NCBI GenBank assembly: GCA_963793265.1
Contig: CAWBZI010000004.1
Coordinates: forward strand, 320,001 to 384,000
From: an uncultured cyanobacterium
Lineage (GTDB): Bacteria > Cyanobacteriota > Cyanobacteriia > Phormidesmidales > Phormidesmidaceae
Length of the DNA stretch: 64,000 bases
Direction of reading: 5' to 3'
Notes under the pieces: generated by a model
Database searches by the model: none
What the model saw: the letters and a program-made list of their open reading frames with translations, nothing else
Told to the model about the DNA's origin: nothing
Position numbers and translations under genes: made by a program
Part shown: positions 19,228 to 29,791 of the stretch, piece by piece
How positions within the stretch are numbered: the first letter of the stretch is position 1
How the letters are laid out: the number at the start of each line of letters is the position of its first letter

Positions 19228-20265
19228 ATGATAAACAGCCGTTCCACCACGAGTTACACGACCTCTCACAAACTGCACCCTTTGAGCCTGCTCGCTCAGC
19301 TCATTAGCCGTCAGGTGAGCGGCTGCTTGAAGCTGTCTGCGCAAGCGTCAGAATGGCGGCTGCTATTTAACCGAGGGCAGCTAAATTTTGCGACGAACTC
19401 AGCAGATGCCTTTAATCGGCTAGTACGGCAGCTACAGCTATTAGATTCTTCTATCTCTAGCGACGTGCTCAATCAAATGCGACTGCTGTTTGAGCACTCA
19501 GATGAGGTTGATGAGGTCGTAAGCCGCGACTATCGGGCGCTGTGCTGGCTGGTGGATCAAAAGACAATCACCACTGAGCAGGCCGGGCAGTTAATTGGTG
19601 CGATCGCTATTGAAGTCATTGAGCCTTTTCTAAACATTCGCGAAGGCAGCTACGAGCTAATTCCATCTGCTCGCACTGAAGGCATTCCGACCTACTGCAA
19701 TCTAGACTTGCGGCCTATTGTAGAGCTGTGTCAGCGCAACAGTAAGCAGCGCGCTACGGGGGGAGCTGTGACCAGTCGGCTTGCTACGGGTGCAACTACT
19801 ACTGCAACAAGCACTCTGCAAACCCAGGTAAGCGGCGCGCCGAGTGGAACTAGCGTTAACGGCGGTAGCCCAACCGGGCTCAAGCGAACGACCTATACAG
19901 TTGCCTGCATTGACGATAGCCCAACGGTACTGAACGCGATTCAAAAGTTTTTAGAAGATCAGAGCTTATCTGTCGTTGCAATTAACGATCCGGTAAAGGC
20001 GCTAATGCAAATCGTCCGCAGCAAGCCAGACTTGATTTTGCTAGACATCACCATGCCCAACTTAGACGGGTATGAGCTGTGCGCGCTGCTACGGCGACAT
20101 CCCCGCTACAAGCGCACGCCAATTGTGATGGTCACTGGCAACACGGGCTTGATTGACAGGGCCAGAGCAAAGCTAGTACGGGCGTCGGGATATTTGACTA
20201 AGCCCTTTACCCAGTCAGATCTTTTGAAGATGGTATTCAAGCATTTGCCTACTCAAGGGCGCTAG
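19228..20265 (+). CDS. pixG: PatA-family response regulator (PATAN plus receiver), PixG-like
   Basis: N-terminal PATAN-like region, C-terminal REC (IDDS, LLDITMP, KPF); first gene of a che-like operon. Confidence 0.82.
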   Translation: MINSRSTTSYTTSHKLHPLSLLAQLISRQVSGCLKLSAQASEWRLLFNRGQLNFATNSADAFNRLVRQLQLLDSSISSDVLNQMRLLFEHSDEVDEVVSRDYRALCWLVDQKTITTEQAGQLIGAIAIEVIEPFLNIREGSYELIPSARTEGIPTYCNLDLRPIVELCQRNSKQRATGGAVTSRLATGATTTATSTLQTQVSGAPSGTSVNGGSPTGLKRTTYTVACIDDSPTVLNAIQKFLEDQSLSVVAINDPVKALMQIVRSKPDLILLDITMPNLDGYELCALLRRHPRYKRTPIVMVTGNTGLIDRARAKLVRASGYLTKPFTQSDLLKMVFKHLPTQGR

Positions 20266-20404
20266 TAAAGCGATAAGCTCTGCCTATATGTGCTACCAAT
20301 CTGCTGTAGATCCGCGATAGGCTAGGGGTAATTGACGAGATCGCTCAGCGAGTTCTGACGCTGTTTCGGTACTTTCGCTTATTATTTTCCCCGGTAAGCT
20401 TGCT

Positions 20405-20851
20405 ATGGCTTTTTCAGCAAAAACGGCTACAGAGACAGCGACGAAAACGGCTGCAAAAACGGCAGCTCGTTCAACGGTTGAGCGAGGCCGAATTTTGGTG
20501 GTTGAAGATACCCCCTCAGAAATGGCGCTGATGATTCATTACTTGAGTGAGGAAGGGTATAGCGCGACGGGGGCAGCAACGGGCGCTGAGGGGTTGGATA
20601 AGGCGATCGCTCAAAAGCCAGATGTGATCGTCACCGATGTCGTAATGCCCGGCATCAGCGGGTTTGAGCTATGCCGCAAGCTAAAGCGTACGCCAGAAAC
20701 TAGAGACGTGCCGGTGGTGATGTGCTCTTCTAAAAAGCAAAATATTGACCGCCTGTGGGGTATGAGACAGGGCGCGACCGTGTATTTGACGAAGCCCTAT
20801 ACAAAAGATGAGCTGATTGAGGCGATCGCCAAAGTATTGCCAAAGTATTGA
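20405..20851 (+). CDS. pixH: CheY-like response regulator, PixH-like
   Basis: Single REC domain (VVEDT, TDVVMPG, WGMRQGA, KPY). Confidence 0.85.
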   Translation: MAFSAKTATETATKTAAKTAARSTVERGRILVVEDTPSEMALMIHYLSEEGYSATGAATGAEGLDKAIAQKPDVIVTDVVMPGISGFELCRKLKRTPETRDVPVVMCSSKKQNIDRLWGMRQGATVYLTKPYTKDELIEAIAKVLPKY

Positions 20852-20968
20852 ACACAAAGTATTGAACAGAAGATGACAAGCCGCTTTACACTGGCTAAGT
20901 TTTGGGCCAGTGAGACATATCATCTACATTAAGAGAGACATTCTCTTAGAAGATATTTCGGCTGACTT

Positions 20969-21448
20969 GTGAAAACAGAGCTTGCTATTCCAGACCGTCA
21001 GCTTATTGGCGAAGCCTACTTAAAGTTTCAGCTCGCGCCGCGCGTTCCGGCTGTGATTGCTGCTCGCTCAGTTGAGGAGGCTACAGTGCTGCCGCCCTCC
21101 CAAGTGACGGCAATTCCGAATATGCCGCCCTGTATGTTGGGCTTAGTGAACCGGCGCAATCGTGTGATTTGGATCGCCAACCTGGTGCGGCTACTGGGGA
21201 TGCCCGTACCAGACCGGCCCAGGCAGCAGTACAGTATGGTGATTGTCAAAGCGGGCTCATCTTTGGGCCTAATGGTAGATGAAATTGACGGTATTATCCA
21301 TCTGACGGCAGAGGCCCTGCAGCCGCCACCGCCCCAAGTAAATCCAATTTTGGTACCTTATTTAAGAGGATGTGCTGTTCAAGACGATCAAATCTTACTG
21401 GTGCTAGATGCTGAAGCTGTTTTACAGTCTTCTGTTTTTCAGGGTTGA
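20969..21448 (+). CDS. pixI: CheW-like protein, PixI-like
   Basis: VTAIPNMP..MLGLVNRR, LGLMVDEI. Confidence 0.87.
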   Translation: MKTELAIPDRQLIGEAYLKFQLAPRVPAVIAARSVEEATVLPPSQVTAIPNMPPCMLGLVNRRNRVIWIANLVRLLGMPVPDRPRQQYSMVIVKAGSSLGLMVDEIDGIIHLTAEALQPPPPQVNPILVPYLRGCAVQDDQILLVLDAEAVLQSSVFQG

Positions 21449-21587
21449 TTACGGATCTTCTTAACGTTATATAGCTGTACTATCTGTGCCTGCAACTTAA
21501 GCAGCGCTAAGTCTCCATTTCATAAGTTTTCGTTTTTAAGCTAACTTTTCGTTCTAACTCTGCACCGTTTCTGACGTGAATTTTGAT

Positions 21588-24500
21588 ATGACCACTGATC
21601 TTCGTCCGCCCTATTCGTCTGATGCCTATTCGTCTGATGCCGGTGATGGCGCTGAGATCTTGAGCGCTCCTATGGCAAACGGTGCTGTCACAAATGGCGC
21701 AGCGGCAAGCGATAACGGTGGTGAGCGCTACGCCCCCGAAAAGATCCACGTCACTGCTTACAGCCGCTCGGGCCTATTGCAGTCGTTTTACAACCTGCCT
21801 GTAGCCGATAAGCAGCTAGCGGGCTTGCTGGCTTCTAAAATTTTGTCGGTGGCTGGGGTCATTGGTCTGAGCCTGTATTTGCTTTCGATGACGGGGCGTC
21901 ATCAGCTCCGCGAGCAGGCTGCTAGTGAGCTGTCGGCTACGGCTAAAGACTTGACGAGCGACGTGGGTAGGCTAACCCTGGGCGGATCGCTGCTGAGCGA
22001 CGGGGCGCTGCTAGAGGCGGCTGAGTTCTATGCCGAGACAGATCAGGTTGACGGTGAGCTGGCCTCAGAGGCCCGTACGGTGCTGCGTTCGGCGCTAGCA
22101 GCAGGCGATTTGGAATATATGACGCTAGTGGGCACCGACATGCGGGTGATTGCTAGCGGGGCGGCCGATCGCGAAGGCGATTTGTTTAATCCAGGAAATT
22201 TGGTGTCGGCGGCGCTGAAGCGGGGGCAGCCCAACACCACAATGAGCCTGGTGTCATTGACCGACATGCAGAATTTAGGCGTGACGATTCCGCCAAATAT
22301 CGATGAGGCTGCTTTAATTCGCTACGGGGTTGTGCCGCTCTTTTCGGGGCAGGGCGCAGGCGATGTAGTAGGCCAAGGTGGGGTGATTGGGGCGCTAGTT
22401 ACTGGGAATGTCGTCGATGGCAGCTCGGCAACGGTGGCCGACGCGCTCGGTCAGTTTCCAGACGGGTATAGCGCCGTTTATCGGTTAGATCCTAGCGGCG
22501 GCTTTGCGCGGGTTGCGATTGGACGATCAGAGCTAGCAGGCACGGAGCCAGATCTGGGTGCGCATCAGTTTTTAGAGAATGCGATTACCACGCCCGAAGG
22601 CGAGGTGCTTACTGAGCGCTTTGTGGGGCCGAGTGACGATCGCTATACGGTGGCTGCGATGCCGATTGTCGGTGGCAATGGTGAGGCGGTGGCGGTGGTG
22701 CTGCGCGGGCTCTCTGAGCAGATGATTAACGAGCGCATATGGCGCAATGGCTGGCTGGTGACTGGGGCGGCAATGCTGGCGCTACTGGTAGATGTAGTCA
22801 TCGCGAAGCTGCTAGGCCGCTCGATTGTTCAGCCGGTACGGAATTTGCAGGCGGCGACTGAGAAGTTTGCCTCGGGCGACAGATCGTCTAGAGCTGACGT
22901 TTATTCACGCGACGAAGTGGGCCGGGTGGCGAGTGCTTTCAATGAGCTAGCGGCGGCGGTGTCTAGCTCTGAGTCTTCGCTGCGGTTTCAAAATCAAACG
23001 CAAACGGAGTCGGCGAGGCGATCGCAACTGCTCAGCGATTTCACCTCTCAAGTACGCCAAAGCCTAGACGTAGAGTCTATTTTGAGCACGGCTGTAGATC
23101 AGGTAAGGGCGCTTTTTCACGTGGATCGCGTGATTATCTATCGCTTTAATGCAGGCTATGGCGGCGGAGATGTGACCGCCGAGTCGGTGGGTAAGGGTTG
23201 GAGCCGGGCAATGGGCCAAACGCTGATCGATCCTATGATGCCGAATTCGGTAGACCGCTTTAAGACAGGGCAGATTTCGTATGTGCAGGATATTGATAAG
23301 GCAGATTTGACGGAGTGCCACTGCCGCCTGCTCAAAGAGCTAGAGGTGAAGGCAAATATGGTGGGGCCGATTATTGTAGGCGAAGATCTAGTCGGGCTGA
23401 TGTGTGTGCATCAGTGCAGCGGGCCGCGTCACTGGCAGCCTGAAGAAATTAGCATGATGCAGCAGCTGACGACGCAGGTGGGCTATGCGCTGGCCCAGTC
23501 GCGAATATTGCAGACGCAGACGCAGGCAGTGAAGCGCGAGCAGCAGCTCACGGCGCTGGTAACTGACATTCGAGAAGCCGCTGTGAGCAGTGCCTCTTCT
23601 TTGAACAACCGCGACAAAATCTATCGCATCGTCACCCGTCAGCTCAAGCTGGCAATCGACTGTAGCCGCGTGATTGTGTACACCTTTGACGATAAGTGGA
23701 ACGGCACTATCGTGGCTGAGTCGGTCGATCCACAGTGGCCTCCGGCTTTGGGCGCAGAGATTACCGACCCCTGCTTTGCTGATAGCTACGTTGAGCAGTA
23801 CAAAACAGGTCGGGTGAAGGCGACCTCTGATATTTATACGGCGGGCCTGACTGAGTGCCATATGAACCAGCTAGCGCCCTTTAAGGTGCGAGCTAACTTA
23901 GTTGCGCCGATTGTGGTAGAAGATCGACTGCTGGGGCTGCTGATTGCGCATGAGTGCGAGGGGCCCAGAGACTGGTCTGAGCTGACGATTAACTTTATGC
24001 AGCGGGCGGCAACGCAGTTGGGCTACGCGCTAGAGCAGGCGGATGCGATCACGCAAAAAATACAGGCCCTTTCTCAAACCGAATTCCTCAGTCAGGAGCG
24101 TTTGGATCGCCAAGAAGCGCTGCAAAATCAGCTTATAGAACTGCTCAGTGACGTAGAAGCGGTAGCCGATGGTGACCTAACCGTGCGCGCTAACGTAACC
24201 GCTGGCGAAATCGGCACAGTGGCAGACTTCTTTAACTCAATTGTTGAAAACCTGCGTCAGGTGGTCACGCAGGTAAAACAGTCCGCGCTTCAGGTAAACG
24301 CCTCGCTAGGCCAGAACGAGAGTGCGATTCGCCTGCTGGCTGATGAAGCCTTGCAGCAGGCCGAGCAGACGACCAAAACCCTTAACTCTGTCGGTGAGAT
24401 GACAGCTTCGATTCGGCAGGTGGCCGAGCAGGCCCAGGAGGCGGCAGCGGTGGCTAAGACGGCTTCTGAGACGGCGACGACTGGCGAAGAAGCGATGGAT

Positions 24501-25112
24501 TTAACCGTAAGCAACATTTTATTAATGCGGCAGACGGTGGGCCACACTGCCAAAAAGGTAAAGCGCTTAGGCGAGTCTTCTCAGCAGATCACGAAGGCGG
24601 TGCTGCTGATTAATCAGATTGCGCAGCAGACAAACTTGCTGGCGATTAATGCTGGAATTGAGGCGGCAAGAGCCGGTGAGGCCGGACAGGGCTTTGCGGC
24701 GGTGGCCGAAGAAGTTGGTGAGCTGGCAACCCGCTCGGCGTCGGCGACTGAGGAGATTGAGCGGATTGTCGAGACGATTCAGCGCGAGACGAATGACGTG
24801 GTAGAGGCGATTGAGCAGAGCACCTCGCAGGTGGTAGAAGGGACGCGGCGAGTGGAAGACGCCAAGCTAAGCCTGAACCAGATTTTGGCAGGCTCGCAGC
24901 GGATGGATGAGCTAGCGCGGATGATTTCGGAGGCGACCGGATCGCAGGTGGAAACTTCGACAACGGTATCGACGCTGATGGCGGAAATTGCGCAGCTTTC
25001 TGAGCGCACATCGGCCTCTTCGCGGCAGGTGTCTGAGGCACTGAAGCAGACGGTATCGGTAGCTCAAGATCTTCAGGAACAGGTGTCTACGTTTACCGTC
25101 GATGAGGGGTAA
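21588..25112 (+). CDS. pixJ: Methyl-accepting phototaxis receptor with two cyanobacteriochrome GAF domains, PixJ-like
   Basis: 2 TM, periplasmic domain, HAMP (DEVGRVA..FN), GAFs with DPMM..ECH and DPCF..ECH, MCP tip [18 protein letters not shown]. Confidence 0.88.
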   Translation: MTTDLRPPYSSDAYSSDAGDGAEILSAPMANGAVTNGAAASDNGGERYAPEKIHVTAYSRSGLLQSFYNLPVADKQLAGLLASKILSVAGVIGLSLYLLSMTGRHQLREQAASELSATAKDLTSDVGRLTLGGSLLSDGALLEAAEFYAETDQVDGELASEARTVLRSALAAGDLEYMTLVGTDMRVIASGAADREGDLFNPGNLVSAALKRGQPNTTMSLVSLTDMQNLGVTIPPNIDEAALIRYGVVPLFSGQGAGDVVGQGGVIGALVTGNVVDGSSATVADALGQFPDGYSAVYRLDPSGGFARVAIGRSELAGTEPDLGAHQFLENAITTPEGEVLTERFVGPSDDRYTVAAMPIVGGNGEAVAVVLRGLSEQMINERIWRNGWLVTGAAMLALLVDVVIAKLLGRSIVQPVRNLQAATEKFASGDRSSRADVYSRDEVGRVASAFNELAAAVSSSESSLRFQNQTQTESARRSQLLSDFTSQVRQSLDVESILSTAVDQVRALFHVDRVIIYRFNAGYGGGDVTAESVGKGWSRAMGQTLIDPMMPNSVDRFKTGQISYVQDIDKADLTECHCRLLKELEVKANMVGPIIVGEDLVGLMCVHQCSGPRHWQPEEISMMQQLTTQVGYALAQSRILQTQTQAVKREQQLTALVTDIREAAVSSASSLNNRDKIYRIVTRQLKLAIDCSRVIVYTFDDKWNGTIVAESVDPQWPPALGAEITDPCFADSYVEQYKTGRVKATSDIYTAGLTECHMNQLAPFKVRANLVAPIVVEDRLLGLLIAHECEGPRDWSELTINFMQRAATQLGYALEQADAITQKIQALSQTEFLSQERLDRQEALQNQLIELLSDVEAVADGDLTVRANVTAGEIGTVADFFNSIVENLRQVVTQVKQSALQVNASLGQNESAIRLLADEALQQAEQTTKTLNSVGEMTASIRQVAEQAQEAAAVAKTASETATTGEEAMDLTVSNILLMRQTVGHTAKKVKRLGESSQQITKAVLLINQIAQQTNLLAINAGIEAARAGEAGQGFAAVAEEVGELATRSASATEEIERIVETIQRETNDVVEAIEQSTSQVVEGTRRVEDAKLSLNQILAGSQRMDELARMISEATGSQVETSTTVSTLMAEIAQLSERTSASSRQVSEALKQTVSVAQDLQEQVSTFTVDEG

Positions 25113-25114
25113 GT

Positions 25115-28100
25115 ATGGACGGCAAAGAGCAAGAAATTCGGCTTCAGTTTCTCGATGAGGCTGGAGAATATTTGGACACCATGGAAACGGCGCTGCTAGG
25201 GGTGGCGCAGCGCGGTGTCGATAGCCATGAGATTAACGGGGCGCTGCGGGCGGCGCACTCGATTAAGGGCGGGGCGGCGCTGATGGGCTATGGGCTCACA
25301 AGCGAGCTATCGCATCGGCTAGAGGATTCGCTGAAGGTGCTGAAGATTCAGCGGGCTGAAGGGGTGAGCGCCGATGTCGAAGGACAGATGTTGAGCGGGG
25401 TGGATGCGATTCGGCAGATTGTGGAGCGCGATCGCACAGGTCAGCCTTTGGACGAGAGCTGGGTTAACACCACCGTTATGCCTATCTTTGATGGGCTCTA
25501 TGACACGTTAGGCGAGCCAAGCGCTGAGGATGCCGCCTCAATTATGGATGCCGATGAAGGGCAAAACGTAATGCCTCTGATTTTTCAGACGGAGGTGGAC
25601 GGGGCGCTGGAGCGGCTAGAGGCGTTGATCGACGAGCAGCCGCTAAACCTGCAAGAAGAAGTTGCGATTATGGCTCAGGAGCTGGGCGGGCTGGGCGAAA
25701 TGCTCGATTTGCCGGTGTTTATCAAGCTTTGTCAGTCGGTAGAGCAGTATGCGCTAGGGGCAATGAATTCGGCGCAGGTGCAGGAGGTGGCCCAGAAGAC
25801 ACTGCAAATTTGGCGGCGATCGCAAGCCCTAGTGCTGACTGGCAACGTCGATTCTATGCCCGATCAGCTCACTGACATGAGCTTTGGCACGATCGCAATT
25901 GAGTTTGATCGCGCTGAGCGAGATTCTTTAGATCTAGAAGATAGCAACGGGTCAGTGGCCTCTGTATTTGCGGGGTTTGATATTGACACTGACGAGACAG
26001 GCGTTGATTTGCCACTAGATGAGAACTTAGCTGGCGATGTGTTCGGTGGCTTTGGCGACGAGAACGATGCGCTGGTGGGTGATGTCTTCGGTGGCTTTGA
26101 TAGCGGCGATGATGACCTACTAGGCGATTCGACCGGCAACTTTGATAGTGAACCTGCTGGCGGCTTGTCCGACGATCTAACGGGTGATTTTGTTGATAGC
26201 GAAATCACAGAAGAAGACGCTTTTGCGGGCGTGTTTGACGACCTAAGTTCGGAGCCAGCGAGCGGTACAACCTTAGGATCGCGCGCTGCCGTCAGCGATG
26301 CTGCGAGCGCTCAGCAGAATAGTCAATCGGGTACGGCGTTTCGGTTTTCAGAGACGCCTAAAGCGCAGGTAGAAGACGCTGAGCTAGGCGACAATACCGT
26401 GCGGGTGTCGGTGCGCAAGCTGAATAATTTGAATGATTATTTTGGTGAGCTGACAATTGAGCGCAACCGGCTAGAGGCTGAGGTAAAGCGAATGCGCGTG
26501 CTGGTGAAAGACTTAAGCCGGAAATTGCGATCGCTCGACGAAATCAATGATGACGTAAGGGATCTCTACGAACAGCCCGAACGCCCCCTTCTGCTCTCTA
26601 GCGCTCAATCTGGTGCGGCGCTGCCCGGCACTGCCCCCCCGCAGCCTCTTGCTACCGCTGCTGGATCTGCTATACCTACCGCCTCAGAGTCAGGCTTTCG
26701 CCAGGGGTTTGACACCTTAGAATTCGACCGCTACAACGATGCTCATCTGCCCTTTCGACAGATTGTAGAGTCGGTGGTAAAGCTGCAAGAAGTCGCAGAC
26801 GATATTGAACTGAGCGTTGATAGAACCGAGCAGACCACGCGGGTGATTCATCGAACGGCGCGTCATTTGCAGCTCAACCTTAACCAACTGCGAATGCGTC
26901 CCCTCTCAGATGTGACCAACCGCTTTCCTCGGGCCTTGCGAGAGCTAGAGCTAGAGCACGGGAAGTCGGTAGAGCTTGCTTTAGACGGTGAAAGCGTTTT
27001 GATCGACCGCAACATTCTAGAAGCGCTGAACGATCCAATGATGCACATTGTTCGCAATGCCTTTGACCATGGCATTGAAACGCCGCAAAAGCGGGAGAGC
27101 CAGGGTAAGCCCAAGACCGGGACGATTGCGATCAAGGCGTTTAACCGTAGCAATCGCACGGTGATTACGGTGAGTGATGACGGTAATGGAATTGCGCTGG
27201 ATAAGATACGCGATCGCGCCCTAGCAATGGGCCTAGATGCCGATCTCCTGGACGCAGCCAGTGAAGCCGAGCTGCTTTCACTTATTTTCGAGCCTGGCTT
27301 TAGCACCTCTGACGCTGTGACGGCACTCTCGGGGCGCGGCGTGGGCATGGACGTAGTGCGCAACAATCTCACCCAAATTCGCGGCGATATCAGCGTCGAT
27401 ACCGCGCCTGGAAAAGGCACGACGTTCACAATTTCGGTGCCCTATACGCTCTCGGTAACGCGGGTGATGCTAGCTGAGTCTAATCGGATGCCAGTGGCGC
27501 TGCCGACCGACATGATCGAGGAGGTTGCGATCGCTGCCGATGAAGACCGTTTTGAGCGTGATGGCCGCACGATGTTCCGCTTTAAGGGCAAAGAAATCCG
27601 CCTGATCAAGCTTTCTACCTGGCTAGCTTTTAACTGTCCTCGTCAGTTTGACAGCTTAGAAGAAGTGCCGACGATGGATCGCCCGAGCGTACTGCTCTTT
27701 CATATGGGCGATCAGAAAATAGGGATTGAAATTGACAGATCTTGGGGCGAGCGGGAAGTGGCCGTGCGCCGGGTAGAAGGGCCGATTGCGCTGCCTGCGG
27801 GCTTTAGTAACTGTACAATTTTGGGCGACGGTAAGGTCATTCCATTAGTTAGCCTGCCGGATATTGCTCGCTGGGTGCTCAACTGTGAGGCGTCTAATAT
27901 CAATTCGGCAGCAGCGCTATACTCTAATCCGGTGACGCAGGGCGCGATTGATCCGCTGAGCTTGCAGACGGTGCCTGACCCAGATGTAAACCGCAGCGCT
28001 AAGTTTTTGGTGATTGATGACTCGGTGAACGTACGGCGGCTGCTAGCGCTGATCTTAGAGAAGGCGGGTTATGACGTAGAGCAGGCCCGCGATGGTGAGG

Positions 28101-28387
28101 ACGCCTTTGACCGGCTAGAGAATGGGCTGGTGGTAGATGGGATTGTGTGTGATGTGGAAATGCCGCGGATGGACGGGTACAGCTTTTTGTCGAAGTTGCG
28201 ATCGCAGCCTAAGTTTGCCAATGTTCCAGTGACCATGCTCACTTCTCGCAGCGGCGAAAAGCACCGTAATCTGGCGATGAACCTGGGCGCTAATGCCTAT
28301 TTTTCTAAGCCCTATCAGGAGCGGGTGCTGCTGAAGAGCTTGGAAGAGAGTTTGAGAGAGATGGCTAAGCAGGATGGCGGACTGTGA
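25115..28387 (+). CDS. pixL: Hybrid CheA-like kinase (Hpt-Hpt'-HATPase-CheW-REC), PixL-like
   Basis: AAHSIKGGA, HIVRNAFDHG, DDGNG, SGRGVGMDVV, C-terminal REC. Confidence 0.9.
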   Translation: MDGKEQEIRLQFLDEAGEYLDTMETALLGVAQRGVDSHEINGALRAAHSIKGGAALMGYGLTSELSHRLEDSLKVLKIQRAEGVSADVEGQMLSGVDAIRQIVERDRTGQPLDESWVNTTVMPIFDGLYDTLGEPSAEDAASIMDADEGQNVMPLIFQTEVDGALERLEALIDEQPLNLQEEVAIMAQELGGLGEMLDLPVFIKLCQSVEQYALGAMNSAQVQEVAQKTLQIWRRSQALVLTGNVDSMPDQLTDMSFGTIAIEFDRAERDSLDLEDSNGSVASVFAGFDIDTDETGVDLPLDENLAGDVFGGFGDENDALVGDVFGGFDSGDDDLLGDSTGNFDSEPAGGLSDDLTGDFVDSEITEEDAFAGVFDDLSSEPASGTTLGSRAAVSDAASAQQNSQSGTAFRFSETPKAQVEDAELGDNTVRVSVRKLNNLNDYFGELTIERNRLEAEVKRMRVLVKDLSRKLRSLDEINDDVRDLYEQPERPLLLSSAQSGAALPGTAPPQPLATAAGSAIPTASESGFRQGFDTLEFDRYNDAHLPFRQIVESVVKLQEVADDIELSVDRTEQTTRVIHRTARHLQLNLNQLRMRPLSDVTNRFPRALRELELEHGKSVELALDGESVLIDRNILEALNDPMMHIVRNAFDHGIETPQKRESQGKPKTGTIAIKAFNRSNRTVITVSDDGNGIALDKIRDRALAMGLDADLLDAASEAELLSLIFEPGFSTSDAVTALSGRGVGMDVVRNNLTQIRGDISVDTAPGKGTTFTISVPYTLSVTRVMLAESNRMPVALPTDMIEEVAIAADEDRFERDGRTMFRFKGKEIRLIKLSTWLAFNCPRQFDSLEEVPTMDRPSVLLFHMGDQKIGIEIDRSWGEREVAVRRVEGPIALPAGFSNCTILGDGKVIPLVSLPDIARWVLNCEASNINSAAALYSNPVTQGAIDPLSLQTVPDPDVNRSAKFLVIDDSVNVRRLLALILEKAGYDVEQARDGEDAFDRLENGLVVDGIVCDVEMPRMDGYSFLSKLRSQPKFANVPVTMLTSRSGEKHRNLAMNLGANAYFSKPYQERVLLKSLEESLREMAKQDGGL

Positions 28388-28647
28388 GTGCGGCTGGAGA
28401 GATTACGATTATGCTGAAGCTGTTTGCGGTGTATCAGGAGACTTTGGGCGCTGCGGAGCAGGTGATGGTGCTGCCGGTCGGGACGACGGCTGGGGGGGTG
28501 CGCGATCGCTTAATTGCCGACTATCCCGATTTGGCTCAGTGGAAAGAAGTCACCCGCTTTGGCATAAATTTGCAGTTTGTTGCGGCTGATATGCCGCTAA
28601 AAGACGGGGATGAGCTGGTGTTAATTCCGCCTGTGAGCGGTGGTTAA
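28384..28647 (+). CDS. moaD: MoaD/ThiS sulfur carrier
   Basis: Ends in DGDELVLIPPVSGG. Confidence 0.92.
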   Translation: MSAAGEITIMLKLFAVYQETLGAAEQVMVLPVGTTAGGVRDRLIADYPDLAQWKEVTRFGINLQFVAADMPLKDGDELVLIPPVSGG

Positions 28648-28652
28648 TAACG

Positions 28653-29567
28653 CTAAGGCGGCTGGCACTGATTGTCTTCGACGGTGACAGAAACTTGAAA
28701 TGAGTAAGGTTCCTTTTCATCGGGTGGTACAAGCGGGCCTGTGCCCTTCCGCGCTGAGTTGACCCAATCGCGAATATCTCCGTCTGGCGGAGCCGTTGGC
28801 ACTGCCTGCTGCAAGGCGGTAAACGCAGCGTCCGGTAGCAGCTCAGGCTCGGGCGGCGAAAGGTAGGCGGTTATCCAGTTGTCTATAGCGGAATATCCGG
28901 TGAGCTGGAGTAGCTGACCGGCCACGAGTTCGCCTTGATCGTCAAGAACGACAGCAGCGGTCACATTCAGCCCAGCGTCTTGTTCAAAGCACGCTCCGTT
29001 CGCTGGATAGGTCAAGCTAAGAATATTGTTCTTGATGTCTTGCCCTCTGCCATAAGGTGAGAGAAAGGTAAACGCTGTGTTCCGGTAGTAAGCATCAGTA
29101 GTTCCATCGGATACGTATTGCTGAGGAACGACAGGTGCAGACGTTTGCGTGGGCGTTTGCGTGGGCGTTTGCGTGGGTGTAGGCGTGGGTGTCGGTGTCG
29201 GTGTCGGCGTCGGTGTCGGCGTCGGCGTCGGCGTCGGCGGATCGGCAGGCTTGGGTGCGGCAACAATCACCTGCGGCGGAGGCTGAACGGCAGGTTCTGG
29301 AGCTGGTGGCGCTACGACAGGGGGCTCTGTTGCAGGCGGCGCTACGGTGGGTGGTGGAGAAGCTAATTCTGGAGCAGCGGTGGGCCTAGAGACTTTAGGT
29401 AGCTCCGTCACCGAAATGGGCTCGGGTAGTTCAACTTTAAGATCTTCAATGGGTTCCGGTTCTGGCACCGGAATGAGCAAAGCCAACCCGTGTAGGCTCA
29501 GTGATACCAAAAGCACCGGACTGAGCCAATAGATGAATTTTCGCCAGTTGGGTTTTTCAGGAGGCAT
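28653..29567 (-). CDS. Membrane-anchored Pro-rich protein, TonB-like architecture
   Basis: TM with SLSLHGL, EP/PT-rich stalk, C-terminal YP...AAVVLDDQGEL...TGY domain. Confidence 0.6.
   Translation of the reverse strand: MPPEKPNWRKFIYWLSPVLLVSLSLHGLALLIPVPEPEPIEDLKVELPEPISVTELPKVSRPTAAPELASPPPTVAPPATEPPVVAPPAPEPAVQPPPQVIVAAPKPADPPTPTPTPTPTPTPTPTPTPTPTQTPTQTPTQTSAPVVPQQYVSDGTTDAYYRNTAFTFLSPYGRGQDIKNNILSLTYPANGACFEQDAGLNVTAAVVLDDQGELVAGQLLQLTGYSAIDNWITAYLSPPEPELLPDAAFTALQQAVPTAPPDGDIRDWVNSARKGTGPLVPPDEKEPYSFQVSVTVEDNQCQPP
29142..29238 (-). repeat. Coding tandem repeat for (PT)n-(QTPT)n
   Basis: GTCGGC/GTCGGT hexamers and GCGTTTGCGTGG 12-mers on the + strand. Confidence 0.9.
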
Positions 29568-29791
29568 TGGGCAAGAAGAACGGGCCTGGGGCTATGGTGA
29601 GGCTATGGGCGATCGCTACATAACAAGAACTTCACAATAGGGTGCCACGTTTCCACCTCAGCCGTTTCAAATCGCAGGCCGCTTCTGCGACTGTCAGAAG
29701 TTTGATACCCTAAAAACCGCCGACCCCATAACCTATTCGCTCATTTACGATGCGATCGGGGAATTGCGTTAAATATGAGACAGGGCCAAAC

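Noticed and set aside
18907..19344. ORFs 18907-19344 (-) and 19004-19231 (+), with short repeats AGGCCAGCTAG and TAGACC
   Set aside because: No recognisable protein features; more likely the pix promoter/UTR with local slippage duplications.
20830..20868. Triple CAAAGTATTG at the pixH stop
   Set aside because: Short local duplication with no evidence of function.
28384..28647. Ubiquitin-like protein coupled to cheA as a novel conjugation system
   Set aside because: Canonical MoaD sequence with no E1/E2/JAB partner nearby.
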